Assembly: GCA_051294375.1 (NCBI GenBank)
Contig: CM119263.1
Location: forward strand, 26,068,436-26,132,435
From: Paraspadella gotoi
Lineage: Eukaryota > Animalia > Chaetognatha
DNA length: 64,000 bases
Reading direction: 5' to 3'
Of this stretch, positions 1 to 30,700 are shown in pieces (position 1 is the stretch's first letter; every line of letters begins with the position of its first letter). Position numbers and translations under genes: made by a program. Below the pieces are notes generated by a model. It worked only from the letters and a program-made list of their open reading frames with translations. It was not told the origin of the DNA and did not search any database.

Positions 1-810
1 TTTTTCAACTGTCATAATTTTGTCAACTTGCATCATTTTTTCAACTAGCATCATTCTTTCAACTTGCATCATTCTTTCAACTTGCATCATTTTTTAATAT
101 TCATAATTTTTTTAACTTGCATCATTTTTTCAAATTGAATCATTTTTTTCTTTTAATTAATTAATTAATTAAAACATTTATGAGTAAGCATAAATAATAA
201 AAATTCAAGTCAACTTGACTTTGGTTTTTTCCATGCAAACTCATTTCCACTCCTCGATTCCATCGAAACTTTATATCATGCTCATTGCTCAATTACACAC
301 TTTCCTACACACAAAAAATTTAATCTCGATCTATCCATCCAATTATGATTAATTCAATTAATTATGGGTTAAAATTATTAAAAAGATTCAAATAAAAGTG
401 ACTTATGTTTTTCCATATAAACTTTATATCCAGCATCATCACAAACTTTCCTACCCACACACAAAATTTAATTTCAATCTATCCATCCAATTATTATTAA
501 TTCGAGTAATTATCCATTTAAACCTATTTCCACACGCACGATTCCATCGAAACTTTATATCCAGCTCAACCATACAGTTTTTTAACCACACACAAAATTT
601 CTTTCCAATCCATCCATCCGATCACGAGTAATTGGAGTTTAATGAAAAGGTGGGACGGGTCTTCAGACAGACAGACGGACGGATGGACGGGCGGACATCG
701 TTTTTTTGCTTAATTTAGCATAATATGATGTTCTGATGTGATAAAAATGATTTACCGACAAGATTTAGGGGTGGGACCGATGGACTGACAAAGTGAGTCG
801 GAATCTGCTT
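1..810 (-). repeat. DINE-1/Helentron-like interspersed repeat with 18-bp minisatellite
   Basis: Reverse complement of the family at 43566-44230: (GTCY)n tract, GTTTCGATGGAATCGT blocks, AAAAAATGATGCAAGTTG units. Confidence 0.6.
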
Positions 811-1373
811 TTCATGGTTTATTACTTCTTAGTTAAGTTTTGAGCAAAACAACCTAATATGAGACGAAACATGCTTAATTTGCTTTTTGATCATATGACC
901 TTGTTTGATTACGTGATTACACAAGTATAAAAAATATGTACGAGATGCCAAGTTTCAACGAAAATAATTCAGAATATGCAGTCCTGTGATAAAATTTTTA
1001 TATGATCACGAGACTGTATAAGCATAATGCAAATGCACATGAAAGTTCTTATGGTACCTTACCTTCCTATCAAATATGCACTTAATTTATGAAGTTTTAC
1101 TCGTTCTGTCAGCCTTTAAACTGTAAATAGTGTGGCAACACATTCAATGTTGCCTCCGGCCTGACTGCATCAGCCGTGATGTAAGAGCGGGACGGGACGT
1201 CTAACCTATCTGTAGTGGCAGACTACAGTCAAATCCAAAGTTTTGTAGCTGACAATTTGATAGATAGACAGATAAACAGATTAACATTCTGACCGACCCA
1301 AAGTGACCTACAGAATCTTAGGAATCCTCGTGGCGCAACTAAAAGCTATTGTTCTTTTTTCATTGCATATATC

Positions 1374-1617
1374 TGTGGATAAGGCGCTAAGTGGGCTGAA
1401 GAGTGCTCTCCGCAACTTCTTTAACCCTATTTAAACAGATCTGGGCTTTGAACCAGGCTTTGGGATTTTTCAGGCTCCCATGGCGGTTTTAGGCCGTCCT
1501 CCCGCTTCCCGGTATCTAATAGTCATGAGGTGATGGTATTACACATTGAGCCACCGGGTCACGACTGAAGGTGTCATGCTTATAGGCGGGGTGAACTTAT
1601 GGCAATTCCCGACTACA
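1374..1617 (-). mobile_element. Solo LTR, family 2 (TGTAGTCGGG...TTATCC[A/G]CA)
   Basis: Reverse complement homologous to 16740-16994 and 47334-47604; TG...CA ends; flanks TATC/TGTC (TSD with one mismatch). Confidence 0.8.
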
Positions 1618-2687
1618 TGTCTATAGCTTTATGATTGACATCTTTAGTTTATAACAATGTTATTTTAAACGACGTACAGTGTGTCCCAATGGTACTGTCC
1701 GTTAATAAAAGCTTACTGCTCCTATAGTAGAGCATTAAAAGATAACAAAATATAAGATATTTAATTCCATTCATTATTATTGTAATAAGATCTGAAGAGT
1801 TCGATGATGATAACCATTTTTTTGTATAGTTTCATGAGTATGAGAAACTTAAATTATTAAAATTTCATAAAAATCATATTTAGCTTATATAATTTTAGTG
1901 AAAACAAAGTTTAGAGTTTGTATTACAAAAAATCGTTGTAATACAAACTCTAAACTTTGTTTTCACTAAAACACCTAAACAACGAAAAGAAAGGAATACC
2001 ACATTATGGCTACTAGCTTATATAATATAAAAATAACGACCCATACAAATATTTTAGCAAGTTTATTTATAAATTTTATATTTTATTAATAACTTGTTAA
2101 CTATATTTATTAATAATTAGTAATAAAACATAGGCTAAAGTAAAAAAATTTAAAAAAAATAATTTTAAATATAAGAATCAATTAATCAATCAATAAATGA
2201 ATTCATTAAATAATATTTTAATTAAATAATTAATTAATTATTCAATTAATCATCGTCGATGTTATCGTCGTCGTCGTCGCCATTATCGTCGTCGTTACTT
2301 TTTTTCGTGCTCGACCTGACGAACAGACCTAAAAACAAACATGTTTGTGCAAACAATTAATATTTTAATTAATATTTTAAATAATATTTTAACTAATTAA
2401 TTAATTATCGCTCATGATCGTGGGCATGGGCGGCGAGAGAAATGGCGGGCCCCCCACTGGCCTTCTGGCCGGGCCCCTCTCCATAATTTTAGTTTTCGAT
2501 TACCTCTTGTCTGAGCGAGGGGTCTAAATTTGTTAAACCTTCTAACTAGATTAGATTTAGCGCTTATTTTTAACCATGAGCGGCAATAGAGATGAAATAT
2601 AATATAATAAATAAATATATGAATTAATAATAACCCAAATCCCAAAGAAAAGGATTATCGTGTATGCTATTCATTGCTTAGTTACTA

Positions 2688-3391
2688 CATCACGCATAAA
2701 ACGGGGGTAAAAAGATTTGGAATCTTCTTTACCGTTTTTTTAAATTTCAGATTTTTTTTTTAAATTTACTTTTTCCCTAATTTTTTTCTTTTTTTTTCAA
2801 TTCTATTTTTTTTTTAAAACAATTAATTCCTAATTACTATTGGCATAAAAAGGTTTTATTAAATAATTCATACAAAATATCGAGATTGGTTTATTTTATT
2901 AAACATTGCATTCAAAATTCAAATCATTTCTATGTAAGAAAGAGTAATCAAAAGAGAGAGAAGAGAGAGAGAGAGAAGAAAAGAGAGACTCTCAAAAACT
3001 TCTTCAAAGCAAACAATCTTGTTAAGTAGTAGTTCTAAAAAAACCATTGTCAGACAGAATATTGGCAGTCCGGTATAAATAGAATCTAAATTTATGATTA
3101 TACAAAAGACAGATTTATCGAAAAGGAAAGTAAAAAACAACTTGAACTTTCTCAAGATTTCAAGAAGACTGTTCTCATTCTTCTCGCGGGCCATACCGTG
3201 AGACATATCCATGAATTTCAGTAACCAGTTGAAAGGTCTTTTCATCCTCTTGAATTCGCCGTATGCGAACGAAAAATTTGTTCAGGGAAATCCAATAAAT
3301 GAAGAAAAAATCACACTTAAATCCGCGAATTCCAATGTGATAAACGTTAAAACTATTCATTTTTCGGTTTTACCCCATTTTATGCGTGATG
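2688..3391. mobile_element. Non-autonomous DNA transposon with ~25-bp TIRs
   Basis: CATCACGCATAAAACGGGGGTAAAA at 2688 vs TTTTACCCCATTTTATGCGTGATG ending at 3391. Confidence 0.65.
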
Positions 3392-3941
3392 CATCTCATA
3401 AAGTATTGTGAGGCTCATTGATTTTAAATAAAGTCATAAAACTTTACTTTGAAATTGTTTGTTTTTTACCTCTCAAAGGGCCCTAACTTGACTGAATTAG
3501 TGGCTCCATTCAAATGAAATGGACTATATCCTGAAACAGTTGGGGCCCAACCTTTGACCGCTAATGTCTAAAGGGCCCCCAGCATGATCTTACCTGAATT
3601 TGATCAGTTAGACTAATCTGCACAGACTGAACCTTTTTTCATAATCACTCAATTCCTTTTTTTTTTTCTTTTTTCTTTTTCTTTCTTTTTTTCTTCTTTT
3701 CTTTCCTTCTTTTTTTCTCTCTCTTCTCAGGGGCCCTCCTGGGCCCCCCTGCGGGCCAGAGGCCGAGGGGCTTGTGCCCCCTCAAACTTGTTTAATAGAA
3801 TTGAAATATCCATTTATAACATCATAAAAATTAAATTTTATTTTTTCATGTTAATGCGCGAAGCGTTTTCGCACATTCTCAATAAAAAAAAGTTTTCTAA
3901 CTTAAATTTAAAGTTTCAATTCTAAAATGTTTTTAAAACAT

Positions 3942-4010
3942 AGGTGGCGAAAGTGTTAGCGCGCTGAATGCTGAAACGGAGAACGATGGCGGTTCGAATC
4001 CTGACGCCTC
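3942..4010 (+). mobile_element. tRNA-derived SINE-like head
   Basis: TGGCGAAAGTG (A-box-like) and GGTTCGAATCC (B-box) at tRNA-like spacing, without a full cloverleaf. Confidence 0.45.
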
Positions 4011-4308
4011 TATATTAATTAACTTAGTTGCTATGTCCTAAACGTGACATAAGAGCAAAGGCTTACCAAAGTAGCCATGCACATGAGTATTTTACCAAAG
4101 AATCGCGCCTAAATAACCGTAACTATAGGAGATAGAGAGCTTGCCGTCTGAGAAATTCTTGGACTGATGCGACTGTATCGTTGTCTAAGAAATAAGATTT
4201 CAAATCACAATTCTGCACGATATGTGAAAGTTAACGGACACTACCATTGGGAGACACTGTATTACTATTAGGGAGAAGGAACCAAAAAAATGACCCTCTG
4301 TAGCTCAC

Positions 4309-22199
<17,891 letters not shown>

Positions 22200-23934
22200 T
22201 GTCAAGATTTGAGATCAGGGTGGGAGAAAAGGGATCTTGGGGGTAATCCGGTTCTTAAATTATGCAATGATGAAAGGTTAATCTCGAATTATTGCAAATT
22301 TACAGTTTTTTTTTTTCTTCTTTTATATCATTTGTTTGTTTTTGTTTTTTTTTACTCCAGATTTTGAGACAAAAATTCGATTTAATCCTTGGTTCTGTCG
22401 ATTTAAATAACAAAAAATGTAGAAATGGTCAAAGTCGGTGTTTGGGGTTAGTTGTATGGTTGGAATACCCATTGTTCTTTTTCATAGGCACTATAATGTC
22501 CCTTTTTTAAGATATATACTTACATCGTACTTACATAACCCTCCGCTATAAAAAATTAACTAAACGAACGAAAAGCTTTTGGCAATTTAAAAAAAAAGAT
22601 TTCAACCTAAGACATTTTTGATTTATAAGTATTATGTCATTCGGTTTAATTGTTTTTTGGCGGTGACAGAAGTAAAATAGATTGAAAAATGCTCTTTTCT
22701 ATCGCCTTTTTTTATTCATTATTATTTTATAAATAAATCCCCAAAAATAATTGTGTTAATATGATTTTGAGACGAAAAAAAAAAATTAAGTGTCTCCTCT
22801 CCTTCATTTCTCCGGTGATCGACAAAAAAACAATGTGGTGTTCGCGAAGGTAAGTTCATTCAAAACCTGAATCAGACCGCGAAAAGTTGGAAAGCTGAGG
22901 TCGAAGATTTTTTTCCAGAATTTGCTTCTCTTCCTTCTTAAGCTTTCTCGAATCGTTGCTTGTGGTTGGTTGGAAGGTTGGAAGGTCCATCTTTTACTTT
23001 CGCCCACCGGAGTTAGGGTTAAGGGTGGTTTAGGGGTGGTTTCAGGTTAAGGGTGGTTAAGATTAAGAGGGTTTATGGAATTTAGCCACTTTTTTTTTAA
23101 AGCTCAATCAGAATCCATTATAAAATAATTAAAATCTGAAAAAGTTTTTTCGTGATTTATAGTAGTACAATATATTTTAAAAGCCTCTACGTTATTAACT
23201 ATAGATAAATTTAAAAAAAAACATTCTCACTGGATGATATTTTAACACTATTTTTATGACAGATCTCTTCAAAGCTCAAGTTTAGCCTCATTGCCCAATG
23301 CTTTTGTACGAATTTAGAGAAAACGAGCGTAGACAGGGAACTAACGTTGAAGCGGTCGCGAATCCCTACTCTTGAATTGCTTTTATCTTATTCTAAAATA
23401 CTAAAAATGAATGAAGCTAATCTACTGTAATTCCGGATATATTTTATAATTTACAAACTTTATAAGTGAAAGAGATTCCAAAAAATATGAGCAAAAGAGG
23501 ATTAGCAAATAGCTACGAAACTATCCGACATTGCAAGACAAATCAACAATCAAGAAAGGAAATCAACAATATTGGATAAGAAATATTATCCTTGTCGCAA
23601 TCACCAATTTCGAGGGAAGGTCGACAAACGGGTTTTCGAGGGGCGGCGGCGGTGGTGACGAATGAGCACCTTGGCCTTAAAAAATTGAAAAAGAGACAAA
23701 AAGAAGAAAAGAAATATAGCTGAAAAAAGTTTAAAAAAAATTCAAGTAAAAAGTTCAATTTTAATGCTTTTATTGTGACTATCAAAATTATAATATTACT
23801 ATTTAATGATAATTAAATCTTAACTTTTTTTGATGGATTCTGATAGAGCATAAAAAGTTAAATAAAAAATATAACTACAACTTTCAAAAATATTTGTTTT
23901 CTTGGTAAAAATTTCAAGTCATCCCCCATCCACT

Positions 23935-24245
23935 TTTGGTGTTCAAATAGTGAAATAGATTTTTTTTTGTTTTTCCATTTAAACTCATTTACACTCGCAC
24001 GATTCCATCGAAACTTCATATCCAGCTTAATCACACACTTCCTTACCCACACACAAAATTTCATTCCAATCCATTCATCCAATCACGAGCAATTGGAGTT
24101 TTTGCTAAGGTGGGACGGACGGACGGACGGACATCGTTTTTTTTTTTTGCATAATTTATCATAATTAGATGTTCTGATATATAAAGGAATGCCCGACAAG
24201 ATTGAGGGGGCGGACCGAAGGACCGTGAATTATAGAGTTGGGATC
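23935..24245 (-). repeat. DINE-1/Helentron-like repeat between genes B and A
   Basis: Reverse complement of the same family (GGACGGACGG tract, GATTCCATCGAAAC). Confidence 0.6.
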
Positions 24246-24757
24246 TAAAAATCCCTTTCCATTTCTATATAAAATCAGATGTTTATAAAGTTTGGTAGTC
24301 AGATTCGAAAGAAAATATCTGCGAAAAAAATCTTTCTAAACTTCTAAGAGCGAGGTAGACTCCTAATTTACACCTAGGATGCTTAAATTAAGCAAAAATT
24401 AAAAATTAGTTTTTAATATATATTGTGAAACACAAAAATTAAATAAGTAATAGCAACCCTAAATATAATCGCACGAAACATAATCATGATATGAAATTAC
24501 AAAATTTATTAAAAGGATTAAAAAAACAAGAATTCTCTGTGTTGTATTTTTCAAACAAAATGTTTTCTTTTTAAACTTCAGACCATTCTCACACCAATCT
24601 TTTGCGCCAGTGGCAGTGCTCCCCAGAATAAGACTCATTAAATAATATCATCCTATAAAAAAGTCAATTACTACATATATTCACTATGTTAACACTTTTC
24701 TTATCTTTACTAAGACCCCTTATCCCTAGCCCTTATTCCCCTTACTTCGCCTTTCCC

Positions 24758-27700
24758 TTAAGTCGGTTGACCATCTGGCGCTGATTCATAAATGCCAAAG
24801 TTATCATATCCTCCGCCGGTACCAAGGTACAACTGAGAACGTCGGAAGGCAGAAATACCTATTGGAAAATTTAAACTTGAATTATATTCATTGATGATAC
24901 AAATAACTGGAACCTAATTTAATACTAAAATACCTGGATCAAAGGTCCCGGGGGCATCTTCATGCAGCATGACAGGTCTGTCTCCGAACACCCACGTGTT
25001 GTGCCTGTAAGATTATAGAGTAAGCACACTAGAGCTCCCAGAAATATCATACATTTATGAAACTGGGCCCTAAACAAAACCTTAATCTTAATCAGTTTCC
25101 CTGGCTTGGGATATCTAACCTAACCCGAGCCCTAACCCTAACATGGGCATTTTGTCTCACCCCAAATCTTAATCTTAACCCGAGCAGCCTCTCCCCTCAC
25201 CTTAACCCAAGCTAGTGTACTTCCTGCTCAACCTTAACCCCAAACCGGTCCTTGATCCAAACCCTAACCAGTTTCCCTGGCTGATGACACATGCAGAGAG
25301 CCACTTTCTTAGCCTTAACCCTAACCTAGGCCTCGTGTTTTATATCATGCCAGAACCCTAACCCTGCATCACTCCAGAGCCTCTCCACCAACCCTCACCT
25401 CAGCCTGAGGTTCACCTCTGAGCCTCAACTCAGGCATCCCTGCCTCCCGGCCATCAATAAGGTCAAACTTTAATCCTTAATTTGCTTCCCCAGTACCTTC
25501 CCTAACCCTAACCCAAGCTTCCTGTCCTTTTCTGAGCCTGTCCAAATTACAAAACCATAATATTTAATCATGGCAACCTTGCCAAATGATAATTTTGCTG
25601 TTAGTTAGCTTAGAAAGGCTTGTACTAAGGACAGGGTTGAGGCTTGCAAATGAATAAAAGGCCTGGGCTAAGGTTTAAGTAGGGGGAGAGGTTTAGGGTT
25701 AAGGTTGAGTGGGAGGCTTGCTGGCCACAAAGGCCAAGGCGCCCTCTAACTAATTCGCTACTTTCTTTTTGTATCATTTAGCAAACCTTTAAAGGCCGAT
25801 ATCTTGGCTTAAGGATTAAATATTTAAAATCCCTTAGAGAGTTATATTTCTATAACTAAATCATACTTTCTTATAAAATCTTATTAGCATTTGTAGAGTA
25901 ATTTGGTCAGGGACGATTTAGCTTAAAAAAAAAATAATTTCTAATTTGAAGTCTTTCCTAATAATAATTTTTTAACCTTATTTATAAATTACAACAAAAA
26001 ATTTAGTAATAAGGTTATTAATAACTTTAATTTGATTAATTTAAGTATTCTGGCTGAATATTCCAAAAATCCTGATTTTTTAAAACCGGAAGTGGTACTA
26101 CGCAAAAATTGGCGTGGAAAATCCATCAAGAGCATTAAGGAAATTTTTTTATTGTGATATTCGTTTTCTCCACTAAATTTGGCACAAGAAACTTCGCAGG
26201 TATCAGGAACTTTCAAAAATGCATGGTATTTCTGGGAGCTCTAAAGCTTACGCTTATATTTTTTAACTTTTTTTAAATTTTGGTGGGGTACTTTTTAATA
26301 CTAGTATTACAATTACATTTTTTTCCCTTTTTTTATATTTTTTCTTTCCTTTTTATCACTCACTTTTTCTTTTTTTTAATGGTGACGATAATAGCGACGA
26401 TAGCAATAAAAATGAGAATGATGGCAATGATAATGACGATGACAATGATAGCAATGATGGCGTCTGAGAGCTCCTCTTCAATTTCTTTTACTTTCTCGCA
26501 ATATTCACCTTCATATTGATCAGTGCATCTGGAAAAGAAAGTAGAATGGTGGTTGGGAAATGAAAATACCAATAACTCGGCTCAAAATGTTAATCTACAT
26601 TAATAGCATAATCTACATATAATAGCAGCGATATTAACATAATAGCAACTGAAGGACTTACTCGCAAGTTGGTTCCCCCGTTCCTGGGGCTTCTTTACAA
26701 ATACCTCCATTTTGACAAACATAAGCCAAACACTTTTGAGTCAGAAGAGTCTCAACAATAACTAAAATGGAAGCAAAAATGCAGTTGGCTTTTGTGATAT
26801 TCAAAAATCATATCTCAGAAAAGAAAAGAGCTTCAAAACGCTAATTGGTAACAAAATCTGTCAATACATTCAAATAATCTACTTCAGCACCAAGTTTAAT
26901 ATGAAAATACTCACTGATATCAGAAGAATTTTGTGGGTTTCTCACAAAGTAAGAGATAGGGTCAGTCTGGTAAATTCCCAAGAAGTTGTTGGTGCCATTC
27001 AACTTGTTTCGCAGAAAGAGTGCCACGCGGCGGAACTCGCCAGACGTAATGGGACTCTTGGTTTTCACTAGGTATTCGACGTTGATAGAACCTTGCCTTT
27101 ATAAAAAATTAAAAAGATAATATGTAAATAATTAAAACTATGTACAAATATATACAGTTATATATAAATAAAGAATTAATAAAAAAATTATTAAACTTTT
27201 TTTAAAATAATTGTTTGAAAACTCGGTTAAATTTCTATAAATACGCCTGAGGCGAAGAGGTCCCCCCCTCTCGCCGCCCCTGCCCCTCGTGTTTAAAAAT
27301 TTATCATTCGTATCAGAAAAATATATTTTTTTGAATATATGTTATTTTTTATTTCTTCCTGAAGGTAGCGGTAGCCGACCAAATTCAAATGTTAATGGGA
27401 ACAGCATGGATCAAATCCATTATTGGTATTAGTCATTGTGTTAAAATATTTTTATGCAAAAATGTTCCGAACCATGAGTAATTCGCTAATTAAAATTATT
27501 ATATTGCTAAATAATATCAAAATTTGTGTTGTTGATATTTTAAGTTTTTTTAATTGATTCTGATAGAGCTCAAGTTAAGTAAAAAATATAATTACAACTT
27601 TTTAACATATTGATGTTTTATTACTAAAAATTAGCAAAAACTATTAAAATCATCAGATGATGATGATGATAATAATTTTTTAAGGTTTTTTCAAAATTTA

Positions 27701-30700
27701 AGCCACTTACCATCAAAATATTGAAAAAAGAACTTTCTTTAAGCTATCTGAATCTGCTTTTAAAATGAAAAAAATTAAATTTATTTTTTACATTCCCTAT
27801 CTATAAATAATATTAAAAAAATAATTACTAGTGCTTCTAGCCATTTTAGAAAATGTTGGTCCATTGAAAGTTTTCTCAGAAATGTATGAAGTTTTATTTG
27901 GGAAGGTTCCCAAATCAAACCTCTGACCCACCCCATTGACAAAGATTGGCCCTACTTAAGGGGACCAAGTGACTAGGGGGGGTAAAAAGATCATGACCAT
28001 ATGATTCTTTCTTCTACAATCATTTGGGAAAGTAATTAAAAAATTCGATGATGATGAGATTGCCTAATTTTTTTAAAAAAATTGGTAAGAAGAAAATCTT
28101 TTTTAAGTTTAGTATATTTTTTTTGAAATGGGTAAGATCTGATTTTAAAAACTTTTCAGCTTTTATCATTGTATTACTGGGTCCTCCAAAGTCAAAAGTA
28201 GTAACAAAATTTTTTATTTAAATATAATCTGCAATAAGCAGATCTTGTTTAAGAAAAATCGCTTTAAAAATGATAAAAAAACAATATGCAAAGATAGCCA
28301 TAGATTATAATAATAATATTAATAATAATAAAAGTAATATTTATAAAGATCCTACATATTTGTTTATTATTACTCTTTACTAGAGAGTACTCGTGGAGTA
28401 ACTCTATAAGTCACGATTTGGTCGGTCGGTCCGTCAGTTTGTATGTCTTTCCATTGGTTAAAAATGCATATAATTTGCCTATAGTTGGTTGTTCATTTGT
28501 TAAGTTAAAAAAAACCTAAAATCTAAGGAACTGCTAGCGCCGCCTTCAGGAATTCCTAAAACTATAAGGAATAAAAGAAGGAATTTTGATGCAGTCATAA
28601 ATACACGTGCAAAGAGAGTTTTTTAGTCATGTTATATCATGTGAAAATAAAGTCACTGCGGCAAAACACATTGGAATTACCATTCTTTTTTCTTATTTTT
28701 TCAATTTTCATCTATCTCTCAACCAATTTTACACTTTTTAAACACATACGTGAAGCTTGTCAGTTCAATTTCATTATATCCAGGCATGTCTTGATAATGT
28801 TGCTTGAGGGCATTGGTCACTTCCTGCCTTGTCGCTGTCTGGCCTGATGCCGAATTGACATTATAATTGAGAATTCTTAGTCCACACTGAACACCAGCTT
28901 GGCTGTTTGCTGGAAGGAGGCACATCTCGTCAACCTTCTCGTAGCCTTGGTCGCATTGACAGGTAAGGACGTTCCCTTGCACCAAGCACTGAGCAACCTC
29001 TGACTTCGGACACGGATTAGCAAGGTTAATATCGCATGTGGCAGCCTGGCCCACAAGCACACAAGACGTTGTTGTGACTCCACCCTTGTATCCTGGTTTG
29101 CATGGGCAAGTGTAGCCCCCTGCTGTGTTAGTGCAGATGGTACTTGTGTTGTCACAATTGTTCGTATTTTTGGCACATTCATCAATGTCCCTGCAAGAAT
29201 CTCGGCCAAGTTTCTCAAAGCCTCCATAGCAGAGGCATTCATAATTGGGGGCACTCGTAAGAAGGCAAGCCGAGTTGATGCAAGGATTTTTTTTGGAGCA
29301 AATGTCAACACCATTGCACTTCACATTTGGATCTCCTTCATACAGTGGAGGACAATTGCAAGTGAAGCTGCCAGGCAAATCCCTGCATTCAGCATTCAGC
29401 CCACAGGGTTTTGGTGTCTGGAGACATTCATTGATATTGGTGCACTGCAGACCAGTGCCCTCAAATCCTGGAAGACACTCGCAGGTTGTGTTGTTTTTGC
29501 ATTGTGCATTGATGTGGCATGCAGGAGAGCAGTGAGTGCGAATGCATTCTTCTGGGTTTGATGTATTTCTGGCAAAACCATCTTTGCAGGTGCAAGTAAA
29601 GGAACCTTCAGTGTTGGTACACTGAGCATTGGCTTGACATGGCGACCCTAAACATTCGTTAATGTCAATGCAGCTAACTTGACCATCTCCCTCATAGCCT
29701 GTAATGCAGGTGCAGTTAAAACCATTAGTCAAATCAAAACATATTGATTTAGCAACGCAAGGCGAGGGAGTTATTGCACACTCATTTACTGGCAAGTTGC
29801 GACAGATTATACCATTTCCACCAAAAGGATCTCTGCAAGTACAAGTAAACGATCCAATGGTGTTAACGCAATCAGCATTGATGTCGCATGGATTCAGCAC
29901 AGTGCATTCATTGATGTCTTCACATGTGGTTCCATTTCCGCTGAATCCAGATTGGCATGCACAAGTAAATGATCCTGGAGTGTTTGTGCAAATAGCGTTG
30001 GCATCACATTTCGTAGGATCATTACATTCATTGATTTCTATTTCGCAAGTAAGGCCCGTGTATCCCAAAGGACATATGCAGCCAGTATTTGAATCACAGA
30101 TGCCCCGTTGGCAGGTGCAGTCATTATCACAGTTAGTGCCCCATTTGCCAGTCGGGCATCTCCGCCTCTGAACGCACTTGAAAAGTTGGGGAACTGAGGA
30201 GGGACGTAGGAAATAATCAGGGTCACAATCAAGACAGTTGTGATGAACGCCAATATCCTGCTCCGCATCAACATCTACACATGCAGTCCCGTCAGCTTTG
30301 CAGGGATTTAGCACACATCCATCCAAATCCGTCTCACAGCTAAGGCCTGAAAGACAGAATAAGTAGGGTGTGGGGTATCTTTCTACTCTTATATTTTTCT
30401 TTATTGTTTTTCAATAAAAATAATTATATACAAACTAGTTTACTACTAGTTTATTACCACATATTATAAGTACTACAGTTTAAGATAAGAAAACTTTTCT
30501 TTGTTTTCACAACAAATTTTTAATCAACAAAGCACAGACATGTTTCGGTTTTGTTGAAATTAAATTCGTTGTGAAAACTAAAAAAACTTTTCAAATTCTA
30601 AACAAACAAAAAGAAAGGAAAAATATACTAAGCACTAAGTACTACAGTGTGTCCCAATACTACTGTCGGTTAACTTTTACATAATGTGTGGAACTGTGTT

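Larger units (their letters stand above)
1677..4259. mobile_element. Tc1/mariner-type TIR element (CAGTGTGTCCCAATGGTA termini) with nested insertions
   Basis: TA|CAGTGTGTCCCAATGGTACTGTCCGTTAA at 1677; TTAACGGACACTACCATTGGGAGACACTG|TA ending at 4259. Confidence 0.65.

Noticed and set aside
1131-1227. HDV-like ribozyme in a GC-rich island
   Set aside because: Could not build the nested double pseudoknot; better explained as the 5' fragment of an LTR with a terminal hairpin.
28877-30274. Overlapping or antisense ORFs inside the large EGF exons (also 61483-63068)
   Set aside because: Shadow frames of the real Cys-rich coding exon, with no independent motifs.
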